A stretch of DNA of 64,000 nucleotides from Acidobacteriota bacterium (lineage in GTDB: Bacteria > Acidobacteriota > UBA890 > WLXD01), in NCBI GenBank assembly GCA_965205505.1, contig CBDBHB010000009.1:2880001-2944000 (forward strand). The letters are read 5' to 3'. How positions within the stretch are numbered: position 1 is the first letter of the stretch; each line of letters starts with the position of its first letter. This document shows positions 9,621-19,587 of this stretch, one piece after another. The notes beneath the pieces were generated by a model. The model was not told where the DNA came from and ran no database searches. It worked only from the letters and a program-made list of their open reading frames with translations. A program made the position numbers and the translations under genes.

Positions 9621-10955
9621 GTGCGCGTGCGTCTACCGTACGAGTCCACCAACGACCTGCCGCTGCGCTGGCCGGTAGCTACGCTGGGCGCGGTGCTTCT
9701 CGGCTGGGCAGCGCTGTTGGTGCTGCCTGCCGAGCCGATCTGGTCGCCGTACGCGCAGTTGACCAGCGCAACCTTCCCTGCGCCCGAGGTGCCACGCCCA
9801 TGGCCGCAGTCGGTTGCACTCACGGCCCAGCGTGTAGTGCATGACCGGTTCGCCACCGGCAACACGCTCGATGGAGAGCTACGGCGCGCCGGGGTCAGTG
9901 CCAACACCTCTGCCGCGGTGGTCCGCGCGGCGGCCGATTCGATCAACCTGCGTCGTATCCGTCCAGGTCAGGAGTACCACCTTTATTTCGACGCCGACGA
10001 CACACTCGCTGCGATGCGCTATCAGGTCGATCGCCAGACGGCGTGGTTCGTGGCGCGCGAGGACCAGGTGTGGACGACCAGCAAGGTGGTCATTCCCGTC
10101 GAGATCCGTCCGGCATTCGTCAGCGCGGAGATCGTCAACGACCTGCACTCGGCGCTTGCTCACAACGCTCCGCCCGGACGCTCGATCAACGACCTGTTGC
10201 TGAAGATCGGCGACCTCTATGGATGGGACGTCGACTTCAACTACGACCTGCAAGTCGGTGACCGGCTCGACCTGGTCGTCGAGGAGCGCTTCGTGGAGGG
10301 TCAGTTCCTCGGCTATGGGCGAGTTCTTGCGTCGGAGTTCAAGGTCGGCGGCCGTACGCTCCGCGTAGTGCGATATCTCGATGCAGAAGGTGCCGACCAG
10401 TACTTCACGCCAGAGGGCGCTTCGTTACGCCGTGCGTTCCTCCGTTCTCCGGTGCGGTTCACGCGCATCAGCTCTCGCTTCAGCCCGCGACGCGTTCACC
10501 CGGTGACCGGCGTGGCGCGCGCCCATCGCGGTGTGGATTATGTCGCGGATCCGGGGACGGAAATTGTCGCCACCGCGGATGGCGTGATCCAGGAGGCCGC
10601 ATACGGCCGCGAGCCAGGACGCTACGTGAAGATCAGACATGGCGGTTCGTACAGCTCGGTCTATATGCACATGTCGCGAATCCACAGCGGCATCAAGCGG
10701 GGCGTCGAGGTCAAGCAGGGGCAGACCATCGGTTATGTCGGCAAGAGCGGCAACGCTACCGGGTACCACCTGCACTACGGCCTCGAGCAGGGCGACCGCT
10801 ACGTTGATCCGGTGAGACTTCAGCTGCCATCCGCTGATCCCATTCCTCCGGCTAACTGGGACGGGTTTGTCGAGCAGCGCGATCGTTGGTTCAACAAGCT
10901 GCGTGCCGGACAGGCAGCCCGCACTGCCGTAGTCGCTGGCGGCGGCGGCCCATGA
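9621..10955 (+). CDS. M23 family peptidoglycan endopeptidase (MepM/Csd3-like); start approximate
   Basis: HRGVD and HLH zinc motifs, 'RISSRFSPRRVHPV', 'VKQGQTIGYVG', N-terminal TM segment. Confidence 0.9.
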   Translation: MRVRLPYESTNDLPLRWPVATLGAVLLGWAALLVLPAEPIWSPYAQLTSATFPAPEVPRPWPQSVALTAQRVVHDRFATGNTLDGELRRAGVSANTSAAVVRAAADSINLRRIRPGQEYHLYFDADDTLAAMRYQVDRQTAWFVAREDQVWTTSKVVIPVEIRPAFVSAEIVNDLHSALAHNAPPGRSINDLLLKIGDLYGWDVDFNYDLQVGDRLDLVVEERFVEGQFLGYGRVLASEFKVGGRTLRVVRYLDAEGADQYFTPEGASLRRAFLRSPVRFTRISSRFSPRRVHPVTGVARAHRGVDYVADPGTEIVATADGVIQEAAYGREPGRYVKIRHGGSYSSVYMHMSRIHSGIKRGVEVKQGQTIGYVGKSGNATGYHLHYGLEQGDRYVDPVRLQLPSADPIPPANWDGFVEQRDRWFNKLRAGQAARTAVVAGGGGP

Positions 10956-10956
10956 C

Positions 10957-11040
10957 GGGGTGCTGAGAAACTCTGATGGGCCTCGCTTCGGCGGGGGCCA
11001 GATGCAAGGTGGCGCGGCGCTTCGGCGACTGAGGTAGCTC
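10957..11040 (+). repeat. Partial inverted-repeat element remnant
   Basis: GGGGTGCTGAGAAACTC terminus-like sequence followed by AGATGCAAGG, resembling the left half of the repeat core; no matching right half. Confidence 0.35.
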
Positions 11041-11104
11041 CCCGCGCGGGCGTTGCACGGGGTTCTGTTGCGACGTTCCCCCCGGTTGGTTAGAGTGCGC
11101 GCCC

Positions 11105-12733
11105 ATGCGTGCTTTGGCCTTGACGCTGGAGACCATCTCCGGCCACGCTTCGACTGACGCCAAGGTACAGTCTGCGGCTGCGTATCTGGCGAGCCAGGAC
11201 GCACTACGGGTCGCCACCGCAGCTCGCTTTCTTGCCGGTGCTCCCCTACCCCCTCGTACGCCGGCGACGCGCGTGGGTCGCTCGACGCTGATCGATCTGG
11301 TGGCAGCGTTTGCCGGCGAGGACCGGCGTGAGCTGCTGCGGCGGGCAACCGTGGAGGGTGACCTCGGAATTGCGGTAGGCTCGCTTCTCGAGGGGCACCG
11401 GCGCGCCGCCGGCCCTCGTCTGACACTGACGGAGGTCGCCGAGGCACTGCAGCAGCTCGGCGAAGTAGGCGCGGCGCGGCGCACAAAACTATTACAAGCG
11501 CTGCTGGCGCGCGTCACCCCGCTGGAAGCCAAGTACCTCGTCAAGCTCCTCCTCGGATCGCTGCGTACCGGTGTGCAGGCGGCGCGTGTCGAGGAGGCAA
11601 TCGCGCTGGCATTCGACCAGCCTGCTGCGGCGGTGCGACGGGCGCATATGTTGCTGGGGGATATCGGGTCCGCCGCCGAGCACGCCGCGTCCGAGATGCT
11701 CGATTCCGTAACCCTGCAGGCTCAGCGCCCGGTACGAGTCATGCTCGCGCACCCCTGCAACAGTGTTGCCGCGGTGCTCGAGATCCTCACTCCGCCGGTC
11801 GTCGCGGAGGACAAGTTTGACGGAATCCGCGCTCAACTGCATGTCTCCTCCGGGCAACAGCGGCTCTACTCTCGCGCCTTGGAAGATTTCACCCATTTCT
11901 TTCCCGAGCTGCGCCGCGGGATCGATGGATTGGAGGGCGAGTGGATCCTCGACGGCGAGGTTGTCGCCTGGCTCGACGATCGCTGCCTCTCGTTTGCCAT
12001 GCTGCAAAGTCGACTGGGTCGCAAGCAAGTGCCACTGACCCTACTGCTCGACGCCCCGGTCGTCTTTCTGGCGTTCGACGTGCTCCGCGCCAGCAGCGAG
12101 GACCTGATCGACGCACCGTTGCTGCGTCGCAAGGAGGCGTTGAGCAGGCTGCCCATCGACGGACGTGTCCGGCGCGCCCCCTGGGAGCTGCTGCGTACCG
12201 AGGGTGAGATCGCTGCGTGGTTCGCCGCCGCAGTAGCGCGTGACAACGAAGGGGCGGTCTTCAAGGACCCCGAGAGTCGCTATGTGCCCGGAAGGCGCGG
12301 TCGCTCCTGGGCGAAGCTGAAGCGACCGGTGGGTACGATCGACGTCGTGGTCACTGGCGCCGAATGGGGGCGCGGCAAGCGTGCCGGGATGTTGTCCGAC
12401 TTGATCTTCGCGGTACGCGGCGAAGATGGTTTGGTCGACTCCGGTCGCGCTTACAGCGGACTCACAGACGACGTCATACGCGAGTTGACTCGCCGCTTCC
12501 GCAAACAGACGCTATCGAGCGAGGGCTCGATCCGGCGCCTCGCCCCGGAGGTCGTTCTCGAAGTTGCCTTCGATGAGATCCGGCGGAGTCGCCGGCACCC
12601 GAGCGGCTTCGCCTTGCGCTTTCCACGCATCGTAAGACGTCGAGTCGATCTGACGCCGGACGATATCAGCACCATCGAGGATCTCGAGGAGCTATGCAAT
12701 CAAGGCCGCGGCGACAGCCCGGAACTCGCCTGA
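11105..12733 (+). CDS. ATP-dependent DNA ligase (LigB type)
   Basis: Motif I EDKFDGIR, 'LDGEVV', 'AFDVL', 'EGAVFK', 'WAKLK', 'LRFPRI'. Confidence 0.93.
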   Translation: MRALALTLETISGHASTDAKVQSAAAYLASQDALRVATAARFLAGAPLPPRTPATRVGRSTLIDLVAAFAGEDRRELLRRATVEGDLGIAVGSLLEGHRRAAGPRLTLTEVAEALQQLGEVGAARRTKLLQALLARVTPLEAKYLVKLLLGSLRTGVQAARVEEAIALAFDQPAAAVRRAHMLLGDIGSAAEHAASEMLDSVTLQAQRPVRVMLAHPCNSVAAVLEILTPPVVAEDKFDGIRAQLHVSSGQQRLYSRALEDFTHFFPELRRGIDGLEGEWILDGEVVAWLDDRCLSFAMLQSRLGRKQVPLTLLLDAPVVFLAFDVLRASSEDLIDAPLLRRKEALSRLPIDGRVRRAPWELLRTEGEIAAWFAAAVARDNEGAVFKDPESRYVPGRRGRSWAKLKRPVGTIDVVVTGAEWGRGKRAGMLSDLIFAVRGEDGLVDSGRAYSGLTDDVIRELTRRFRKQTLSSEGSIRRLAPEVVLEVAFDEIRRSRRHPSGFALRFPRIVRRRVDLTPDDISTIEDLEELCNQGRGDSPELA

Positions 12734-12875
12734 GCAGCGGCGTGCTGGCACGGATCGGTTTACCAGCGACACTCGGGATGATGTTTCTTCGCGGGGGCGG
12801 CATTCTCGGCGGCGCCGCTGGGGGTGCGTTTGGCGGAGATTCCGAGCGAGACCCTCGCCGCCTTCGAGCGCTACG

Positions 12876-12905
12876 CCGACGTTGCCGCAGATGCGGCAAC
12901 GTCGG
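12876..12905. terminator. Perfect hairpin between the convergent ligase and etfA genes (possible bidirectional terminator)
   Basis: CCGACGTTGCCGCA-GA-TGCGGCAACGTCGG; no adjacent U tract. Confidence 0.35.
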
Positions 12906-12973
12906 AGCTGCACGATCCAGATGTTTTTCTGAACATCCGAACGCTCGAGAAGCGTGAAAGGGCGACCGCAGCA

Positions 12974-13930
12974 CTAGTCCGCCTGGAGCGCCTCGATCAG
13001 CGCCGGTACCACCTTGAAGAGGTCATCGACGATGCCGTAGTGCGCGTACTCGAAGATGGGAGCCTGGCCATCCTTGTTGATGGCGACGATCACGTCGCTC
13101 TCCCGCATGCCGACGATGTGCTGGATGGCTCCGGAAATCCCCAGCGCGATGTAGAGCTGCGGTCGTACCGTCGTACCGGAGGAACCGACCTGACGATCAT
13201 GCGGCACCCAGCCCTGGTCGACCACCGGACGCGAAGCTGCCATGACGCCGCCGATCGCCTCCGCCAGCTTCTGCACCAGCGGGAACCTGTCAGCCTCGCC
13301 GAGGCCGCGGCCGCCGGCCACGACGATCTTGGCGTCGGTGATGTCTTCCTCGCTGGGCGCTGCGTGATCCAACGACACGAGCCGGGTGCGTACCGCGGAG
13401 CCATCGATAGCGCCATCGATGCGTTGCACGGGCGCGGCGTCGGCCGCGGGCGCAGCTAGGAACGCTCCGCGCTGGACCGTGGCGATGGCTGTTCCAGATG
13501 TGGTGACGCGCTCGCGTGACACGAGCTTGCGGCGGTATACGGAGCGAGTTCCCACCAGTCCGGCGTCCCACTCGAGTGCGAAGCAGTCGCTGATCATCCC
13601 CGTCGACAGGCGGGCGGCGAGCATCGGTCCGAGGTCACGCCCGAGGGGGGCGTGAGGTAACAGAATCACGGCCGGCGAATGCGTTTCCGCCAGAGCCACG
13701 ATGACCTGCGCATAGCCTCCTGCCGTATAGCCCGCAAGGCCCTCGTCTTCGATCAACAGCACGCGGTCGACGAACGGCGCCAACTGCTCGGCGATTCCGC
13801 TTTCCACGCCGGCACAAACGACGGCCACGACCTCGTCCCCAACCGCGCGGCCGGCCGATGAGAGCTCCGCCGCGCCACGATTCAGCTGGCCTTCCTGATG
13901 CTCCGCTATGATCCAAACGGTCCGGCTCAC
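12974..13930 (-). CDS. etfA: Electron transfer flavoprotein alpha subunit
   Basis: 'VVAGGRG', 'ASRPVVD', 'QVGSSG', 'GISGAIQH..GM', 'AINKD..APIF'. Confidence 0.97.
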   Translation of the reverse strand: MSRTVWIIAEHQEGQLNRGAAELSSAGRAVGDEVVAVVCAGVESGIAEQLAPFVDRVLLIEDEGLAGYTAGGYAQVIVALAETHSPAVILLPHAPLGRDLGPMLAARLSTGMISDCFALEWDAGLVGTRSVYRRKLVSRERVTTSGTAIATVQRGAFLAAPAADAAPVQRIDGAIDGSAVRTRLVSLDHAAPSEEDITDAKIVVAGGRGLGEADRFPLVQKLAEAIGGVMAASRPVVDQGWVPHDRQVGSSGTTVRPQLYIALGISGAIQHIVGMRESDVIVAINKDGQAPIFEYAHYGIVDDLFKVVPALIEALQAD

Positions 13931-14703
13931 AGCACCTTCTCCTCTTGGCGCAAGATACGGACCAACTCGGTGGCCGCCTCGGCCGCCGTGCCTTCGATTA
14001 CGCGGGCGCGCTGCCGCGCTGGTGGCGTTGCCAGGTCCAGCGTTTCTACGCGCGGCGCTAGTGCCTCCTCCGCGACTGCGAGGTCGGCCGGTGTCACCAC
14101 CCGAAGCTCCTTACGCTTGGCTGCCATGATGCCTCTGAGGCTGGGATAGCGCGGTTCGTTGATGCCTGTTTGGATCGTAAGCACTGCGGGCAGCTCGATT
14201 TCCACCTGAGCGTGGTCGCCGCCCTCGAGCTCTCGCCGTACCGACATCTTGCCGTCTACGCTCGGCGAGGTACCGACGACGAGCGTGGTGGACGCGAAGC
14301 CCAGCGCCTCCGCGAGCAGCACCCCAACCTGCGAGGTGCCGACGTCGTCCGATTCGACTCCGGCCAGCACGAGGTCGAAATTGCCCCCCGCCAGTGCGGC
14401 GGCCAGGAGTGTCGCGGTTCCGTGGGCGTCGAGTCGATCCCCGTCGCAATCCACGTGGATGGCCACCTCGGCCCCCATGGCCAGGCCCTTGCGAAGTCCC
14501 TGTATGGCGCCCGCGCTGCCGAGTGTGATGGCCGTGACATCACCCTCACTCGCCTCGGCGAGGCGAATCGCTTCCTCGACGGCGTAGAGGTCATATTCGT
14601 TGACCTCGTAACTCAGGTTGTCGGTGCGTAACCGCCCGTCCGCGTCGAGCTCGACGCGAGCTTGGGGATCGACCACCGCCTTCATGCACACCGCGATACG
14701 CAC
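13927..14703 (-). CDS. etfB: Electron transfer flavoprotein beta subunit
   Basis: 'AVEEAIRL', 'LAMGA', 'INEPRYPSLRGIMAAK'; GTG start after GAGGAAAG. Confidence 0.96.
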   Translation of the reverse strand: MRIAVCMKAVVDPQARVELDADGRLRTDNLSYEVNEYDLYAVEEAIRLAEASEGDVTAITLGSAGAIQGLRKGLAMGAEVAIHVDCDGDRLDAHGTATLLAAALAGGNFDLVLAGVESDDVGTSQVGVLLAEALGFASTTLVVGTSPSVDGKMSVRRELEGGDHAQVEIELPAVLTIQTGINEPRYPSLRGIMAAKRKELRVVTPADLAVAEEALAPRVETLDLATPPARQRARVIEGTAAEAATELVRILRQEEKVL

Positions 14704-14782
14704 TTCTTTCCTCCTCAACGGTCAACCTGGAGACCGCCCCGTGCTCGAAGACACCGAGCCGGGCGGTGCGAGGGGCGTGAGT

Positions 14783-14830
14783 CTAGCAGGCCCTTCGCAG
14801 GCCGTGGTGCAAGTGTGGTGGGCCTGCTAG
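14783..14830. repeat. Collapsed family B inverted-repeat element
   Basis: CTAGCAGGCCC...GCAGGCCGTGGTGCAAGTGTGGTGGGCCTGCTAG matches the termini of 37155-37433. Confidence 0.7.
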
Positions 14831-14870
14831 TGGGCGCGAGTGCCGCTTCAATGATCGCTGAACGGGGCCC

Positions 14871-15392
14871 TTAGGGGTTGTCATGGTGAGCAAGCCGCTT
14901 GCGGCGCCGCCGCGTGGCCTCCGACATCAGCTGGCGTTGCTCGTCGGTCTCCGCGACGAGGTTCGGGACGGCGGCTGGCCGGCCGTCGTCGTCGAGGGCG
15001 ACGAAGGTGAGGTACGCGGTGGTTGTTTGCCTTACATCTCCGGTGATCGGGTTCTCGCCGTGCACGACTACGCGCACCTCCATCGACGTGTTGCCAGTGC
15101 AGGTGACCATGCCATCCAGGATCAAGATATGCCCCACCGGCACAGGAGCGACAAACGCCATGTCGTCGAACGACGCGGTAACCACTTTGTGCCTGGCATG
15201 GCGAACGGCGGCGACGGCGCCGCAAATGTCGATCAGGTGCATGACGCGACCGCCGCTCACTGTGCCGTGCGGGTTGCTGTCGTTCGGCATGACGATTAGT
15301 GTCATCCGTACGGCGGTGGCCTGCATCGTGCCGATCGGTCGGCGCTGATCGGAGGGACTCCGCGACGCGTTGGCTTGCGAATCCTCGCTCAA
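14871..15392 (-). CDS. Hotdog-fold acyl-CoA thioesterase
   Basis: 'PNDSNPHGTVSGG', 'VVTAS', 'GNTSMEV', 'YLTFVALD'. Confidence 0.92.
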   Translation of the reverse strand: MSEDSQANASRSPSDQRRPIGTMQATAVRMTLIVMPNDSNPHGTVSGGRVMHLIDICGAVAAVRHARHKVVTASFDDMAFVAPVPVGHILILDGMVTCTGNTSMEVRVVVHGENPITGDVRQTTTAYLTFVALDDDGRPAAVPNLVAETDEQRQLMSEATRRRRKRLAHHDNP

Positions 15393-16291
15393 AGGACGAT
15401 CTCCATCAGGTCGCTGGCGATGGTGGTTTCGGCGAAGACCGCAGTGGCTTCGGCGAGCAACGGCCTCGCATCGTGGTAACGCGCCGATACGTGGGTGAGC
15501 ACCAGGCGCTTGGCGCCGGCCTTCGTAGCCATCTCCGCTGCTTGCGCAGCGGTACAGTGCCCTCGCCCATGCGCTTCTTCTACGAGCTCACTACCGAATG
15601 TCGAGTCACAGAGGAACAAGGTGGAGTTGCGGGCTAGCTCCACAGCGGCGCGGCATGGTCGCGTATCGACACAATAGGTAACCCGCCTGCCGGGTCGCGG
15701 CGCTCCCAGCACCTGGTTCGGCATGATCACCCGGCCGTCGCCGAGCACGACGTTCTCCCCATCCTGAAGAGTTCCAAACAACGGACCCGGCTCCACTCCG
15801 AGCGCCGTCGCCGCCTTCACGTCGAAGCGTCCGGGCTTGTCGGACTCCACGAGAGCGAAGCCCAGCGTCGAGATCCCGTGGTCCAGGCTAGCCGATTCGA
15901 TACGGTGATTGGTGGCTTCGAGGAGCCGACCCCCCTCAGCCTCGACGATCTTCAGCGGGTAGCCTAGTCGGACTCCCTGGAACCGGCCGAGGGCCGCCCA
16001 GTAGTCGGCGATGCCTGGTGGTCCGAATAATCGTAGTGGTTCGGAGCGGTCATTCAGAGATAGCGTCTGCAGCAGTCCGACGAGGCCATTGAGGTGATCC
16101 CCGTGCAGGTGCGAGATGAAGATCCCTCGCAGGCGCCCGAAGCGCAGACTGGCGCGGCGCCATTGTAGCTGGGTGCCTTCGCCACAGTCGAACAGATAAA
16201 CATCCCCTTCGAACTGGACGGCGACCGCAGCGGGCTGCCGGTAAAGGGTGGGCAGCGACGCACCGCTCCCAAGAATCACGACGCGGAACAT
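15389..16291 (-). CDS. rnz: Ribonuclease Z
   Basis: 'LFDCGEGTQ', HLHGDH motif, GP-rich exosite, 'LTHVSARY'. Confidence 0.93.
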   Translation of the reverse strand: MFRVVILGSGASLPTLYRQPAAVAVQFEGDVYLFDCGEGTQLQWRRASLRFGRLRGIFISHLHGDHLNGLVGLLQTLSLNDRSEPLRLFGPPGIADYWAALGRFQGVRLGYPLKIVEAEGGRLLEATNHRIESASLDHGISTLGFALVESDKPGRFDVKAATALGVEPGPLFGTLQDGENVVLGDGRVIMPNQVLGAPRPGRRVTYCVDTRPCRAAVELARNSTLFLCDSTFGSELVEEAHGRGHCTAAQAAEMATKAGAKRLVLTHVSARYHDARPLLAEATAVFAETTIASDLMEIVL

Positions 16292-16474
16292 GGGATCGGA
16301 TGGTATCCCAGCCCCATGACCGCCGCTAATGACGCGCCGAGCGAGCGGTCCCCGATCGGCGGATTCGGAGTAGCGCTTCGGTGCGCTGAGATACACTGGA
16401 CGGGCAGAGTGCTCCTGCAACCAGCGTGCACCTCACCGAGGTGCCGGTCATCCTCCTTGGCTGTCAAAGCTCAC

Positions 16475-17158
16475 GTGCGCCTGAGTGTCATCGTACCGGT
16501 TTGGAACGAGGAGGCGGTCCTACCCTCCCTGTTGGACCAACTCCGCAAGCAATGCGCCGAGCCCGGCTGCGAGCTAGTGTTCGTGGATGGCGGTAGCACC
16601 GACGGCACCAAGCGTCTGCTGCGTGAATCCGGTGTCGCCTGGATCGCCTCGGCGCGCGGTCGGGCCGCGCAAATGAATGCCGGTGCCGCCGTTACCGCCG
16701 GGGACGTACTTCTGTTTCTGCATGCGGATACGCGACTACCAGCGAGCTGGCGGGTCGTCGTTGTCCAGGCGATCGAGTCCGGCCACGTTGGTGGGTTCTT
16801 TCGCCTGCACCTCGCCTCGCCGCGTTGGATCTTGCGTGTCGTGGGGCACTTGATCACACTACGCAGTCGATTGACGGGCGTGGCAACCGGCGACCAAGGG
16901 CTCTTTGTCACCCGACAAGTATTCGAGTCCACCGGTGGTTTTGCACCCTTGCCGCTTTTCGAGGACGTCGAGTTTACGCAGCGTCTGAAGCGGTTCGGTA
17001 GCTTGGCGCCCGTGGAGGCTACCGTGGTGACGTCGGCGCGGCGGTGGGACCAGCTGGGGCCCTGGCGCACGATCGTGCGTATGTGGGTACTCCGCGCGAT
17101 GTACGCGTTAGGAATGCAGCCCGATCGCCTGGCGCGCTACTACGGGATCGCCAGATGA
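16475..17158 (+). CDS. GT2 glycosyltransferase (TIGR04283-like)
   Basis: 'SVIVPVWNEE', 'VDGGSTD', 'GRAAQMNAGA', 'FLHADT', 'GDQGLF', 'TSARRW'. Confidence 0.88.
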   Translation: MRLSVIVPVWNEEAVLPSLLDQLRKQCAEPGCELVFVDGGSTDGTKRLLRESGVAWIASARGRAAQMNAGAAVTAGDVLLFLHADTRLPASWRVVVVQAIESGHVGGFFRLHLASPRWILRVVGHLITLRSRLTGVATGDQGLFVTRQVFESTGGFAPLPLFEDVEFTQRLKRFGSLAPVEATVVTSARRWDQLGPWRTIVRMWVLRAMYALGMQPDRLARYYGIAR

Positions 17159-19530
17159 GCACGCTGGCACACGAGGCTCCGGCCAGCGGTTTCAGCCGCG
17201 CGGCAGCTCGGTTCAGGCCGGCGTTCATCCTGTGGCGGCACGTTATCCAGGAGATGATCGCCCCCACGCTGCTTGGCTTCGGAGTGTTTACGTTCCTCAT
17301 GCTGATGCGTTTCCTGTTGCGCATCTCGCAGATCTGGATTCAGTACGGTGCCGAGCTGGCGACGGTGCTGTGGGCGATCGTCTACAGCCTGCCGTTCATC
17401 GTTGTGCTGACCCTTCCGATGGGCCTGCTCGTCGGCGGTCTGATCGCGTTCGGTCGCATGTCGTCGGATTTCGAGATCGTGGCGCTGAGGGCTTCGGGGG
17501 TCAGCCTTCTGCATCTGATGCCTCCGGTGTTGATTCTGGCCGGCATCGCTTGGGCGGTGACCAGCTACGTCTTCATGGTGTCGCTTCCGTGGGGCAATAC
17601 GAGCTTGCGGGAGATGAACTGGGAAACGATCACCAAGCGCGCTTTCTCCGGCGAGATCAAGCCACGCGTGTTCATCGAGGACTTCCCCGGGCTGGTGCTG
17701 TACATCGAGGACATCGTCGACGACGGCCGCGAGTGGCGTGGAGTTTTCGCGGCGCGGACCGACAACGACCCGCCGAACATCGTGCGTGCCGAGCGCGGCT
17801 TCCTCCGTATCGACGACGATACGCGTAAGACCTATCTGCTACTCGAGAACGGCACCCTGATCGGGTCGGCCGAGGATCCGCTCGAAGCCACGGTGACACG
17901 CTTCGACCGTCAGACGATGTTGATCTACTCCGAGGAAGAGGATGGGTCGGTACTGGGGCAGCTTGGCAAGGACGGGCGTTCGATGACGTTGACCGAACTG
18001 CGACGGACCATAACGGACCGTCAGCAAGTCGGCGATCCTGCCTACGACCTGCAGGTCGAAGTTCACAAGAAATACGCCTTTCCGTTTGCCTGCATCATCA
18101 TGGGTCTCATCTCACTGCCGCTCGGCATATCGACCCAGCGACAGACCACGGCGGCCGGTTTTGGCATCGGCACAGCGGTGATCGTCGTCTACTACTTCTT
18201 CCTCCAGAACGGCGAGCAGCAGGGCGATGTGGGCAACATCCAGCCGTGGTTGGGAATGTGGGCCGGCAACTTGATCATGGGTACGGTCGCGCTAGTGTTG
18301 TTGTGGAAGAAGAGTCGCGAGGTCGACTTCGGCATCGTTCGCGGAGTGCAACCGTTGCTCGAGCGCCGCAGCGCCCTGGTACATCGCCTCCGCCGCCTGC
18401 TCCGCCGGCCGGCACGGCGCGCCGGACGTCGCCGCGGTGCCAGTTTTCCACGACTCCTCGATCGTTACGTGCTGCGTAGCTACGCTGCCATCTGGATGCT
18501 TACGTTCGCCGCCTTCGTGACGATCTTTGCTACCACGACATGGATCGACAAGGCCTCGTATGTGGCCCATCCGGAGATGATCCCCACGTACATGAAGTTC
18601 CAGATCTGGGAGATCGTCTTCAATGTTCTGCCCATGTCGGCAGTGGTCACGGTGCTCGCCACCTTCAGCCTTATGGCCAAGCGCAACGAGGTGGTGGCGG
18701 CGCTCGCAGGCGGTGTCAGCCTTTATCGGCTGATGTTGCCGATCCTGCTGCCGGCAGTGGCGCTGACTGCTGCCCAGTACGGCGTGCAGGACTACGTACT
18801 ACCTACTGCAGCTCAGCAGGCGGCCATTGTCGAGGAGCAGATGCACCCCACCGGCGCCGTCAGCTTGCAGCGCGATCAGACCTGGGTCTTTTCCGAGGGT
18901 GGTCGGGTCTTCCACTTCGCCGAGTACGTGGCCGAGCCACCGCAGCTCCTCGGACTGCGGGTCTATTACCTCAACGACGGCACAGGCGGAATTGCGCGGA
19001 TGGAGTTCGCCGAGCGCGCTGAGTTCACCAATGACCGCTGGGAAGGCCACGATGGCTGGCGACGCTACTTCATCGCCGAAGACCAGTCCGCCAGACTGTC
19101 GCCTACCGAACTCGAAGAGTTCCGCTTCTCCGTATTGCCAATCGAGCTCACCCCGTCCTACTTCGGAGAGAGTCCTCTCCAGCCCGAGCAGATGTCGACG
19201 CTCGAGCTGCAACAGCACGTCGAGCTGTTACAGCAGCGGGGTTACGAAACACATCGAGCTCTCGTCGACCTGAACATGAAGGCCGCTACCCCGGCGATCG
19301 TTTTCGTGATGACCGTCGTCGGCATACCGTTCGCCTTCCGGATGGGCAGACAGGGCGCTCTCACCGGCGTTGGGATCGCCATCGGCCTGGTGGCCGTCTA
19401 CTGGATCGCCTTCGGAGTGTTTCGTGCCCTTGGCTATGCCGGCCAGCTGCCGCCCGGGTTGGCAGCCTGGGCGCCGCATTTGTTGTTCCTGTCGCTCGGC
19501 GGTTACCAGGCGCTCGGAGTCCGCACCTAA
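17155..19530 (+). CDS. lptFG: Fused LPS export permease LptF-LptG
   Basis: Two YjgP/YjgQ halves ('GRMSSDFEIVALRASG' and 'RNEVVAALAGGVSLYR'), 'LAAWAPH'. Confidence 0.9.
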   Translation: MSTLAHEAPASGFSRAAARFRPAFILWRHVIQEMIAPTLLGFGVFTFLMLMRFLLRISQIWIQYGAELATVLWAIVYSLPFIVVLTLPMGLLVGGLIAFGRMSSDFEIVALRASGVSLLHLMPPVLILAGIAWAVTSYVFMVSLPWGNTSLREMNWETITKRAFSGEIKPRVFIEDFPGLVLYIEDIVDDGREWRGVFAARTDNDPPNIVRAERGFLRIDDDTRKTYLLLENGTLIGSAEDPLEATVTRFDRQTMLIYSEEEDGSVLGQLGKDGRSMTLTELRRTITDRQQVGDPAYDLQVEVHKKYAFPFACIIMGLISLPLGISTQRQTTAAGFGIGTAVIVVYYFFLQNGEQQGDVGNIQPWLGMWAGNLIMGTVALVLLWKKSREVDFGIVRGVQPLLERRSALVHRLRRLLRRPARRAGRRRGASFPRLLDRYVLRSYAAIWMLTFAAFVTIFATTTWIDKASYVAHPEMIPTYMKFQIWEIVFNVLPMSAVVTVLATFSLMAKRNEVVAALAGGVSLYRLMLPILLPAVALTAAQYGVQDYVLPTAAQQAAIVEEQMHPTGAVSLQRDQTWVFSEGGRVFHFAEYVAEPPQLLGLRVYYLNDGTGGIARMEFAERAEFTNDRWEGHDGWRRYFIAEDQSARLSPTELEEFRFSVLPIELTPSYFGESPLQPEQMSTLELQQHVELLQQRGYETHRALVDLNMKAATPAIVFVMTVVGIPFAFRMGRQGALTGVGIAIGLVAVYWIAFGVFRALGYAGQLPPGLAAWAPHLLFLSLGGYQALGVRT

Positions 19531-19538
19531 GCAGGCCA

Positions 19539-19575
19539 CTAGTGTCCTGAGCTCTGCTCTGTTACCGGCCACTAG
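19539..19575. repeat. Collapsed family A element (termini only)
   Basis: CTAGTGTCCTGAG...CTGTTACCGGCCACTAG. Confidence 0.65.
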
Positions 19576-19587
19576 CGAGAGAACGCC

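Noticed and set aside
12778-12977. Possible mobA remnant (DPDVFLNIRT..)
   Set aside because: Similarity is too short, and the region is better explained by hairpins
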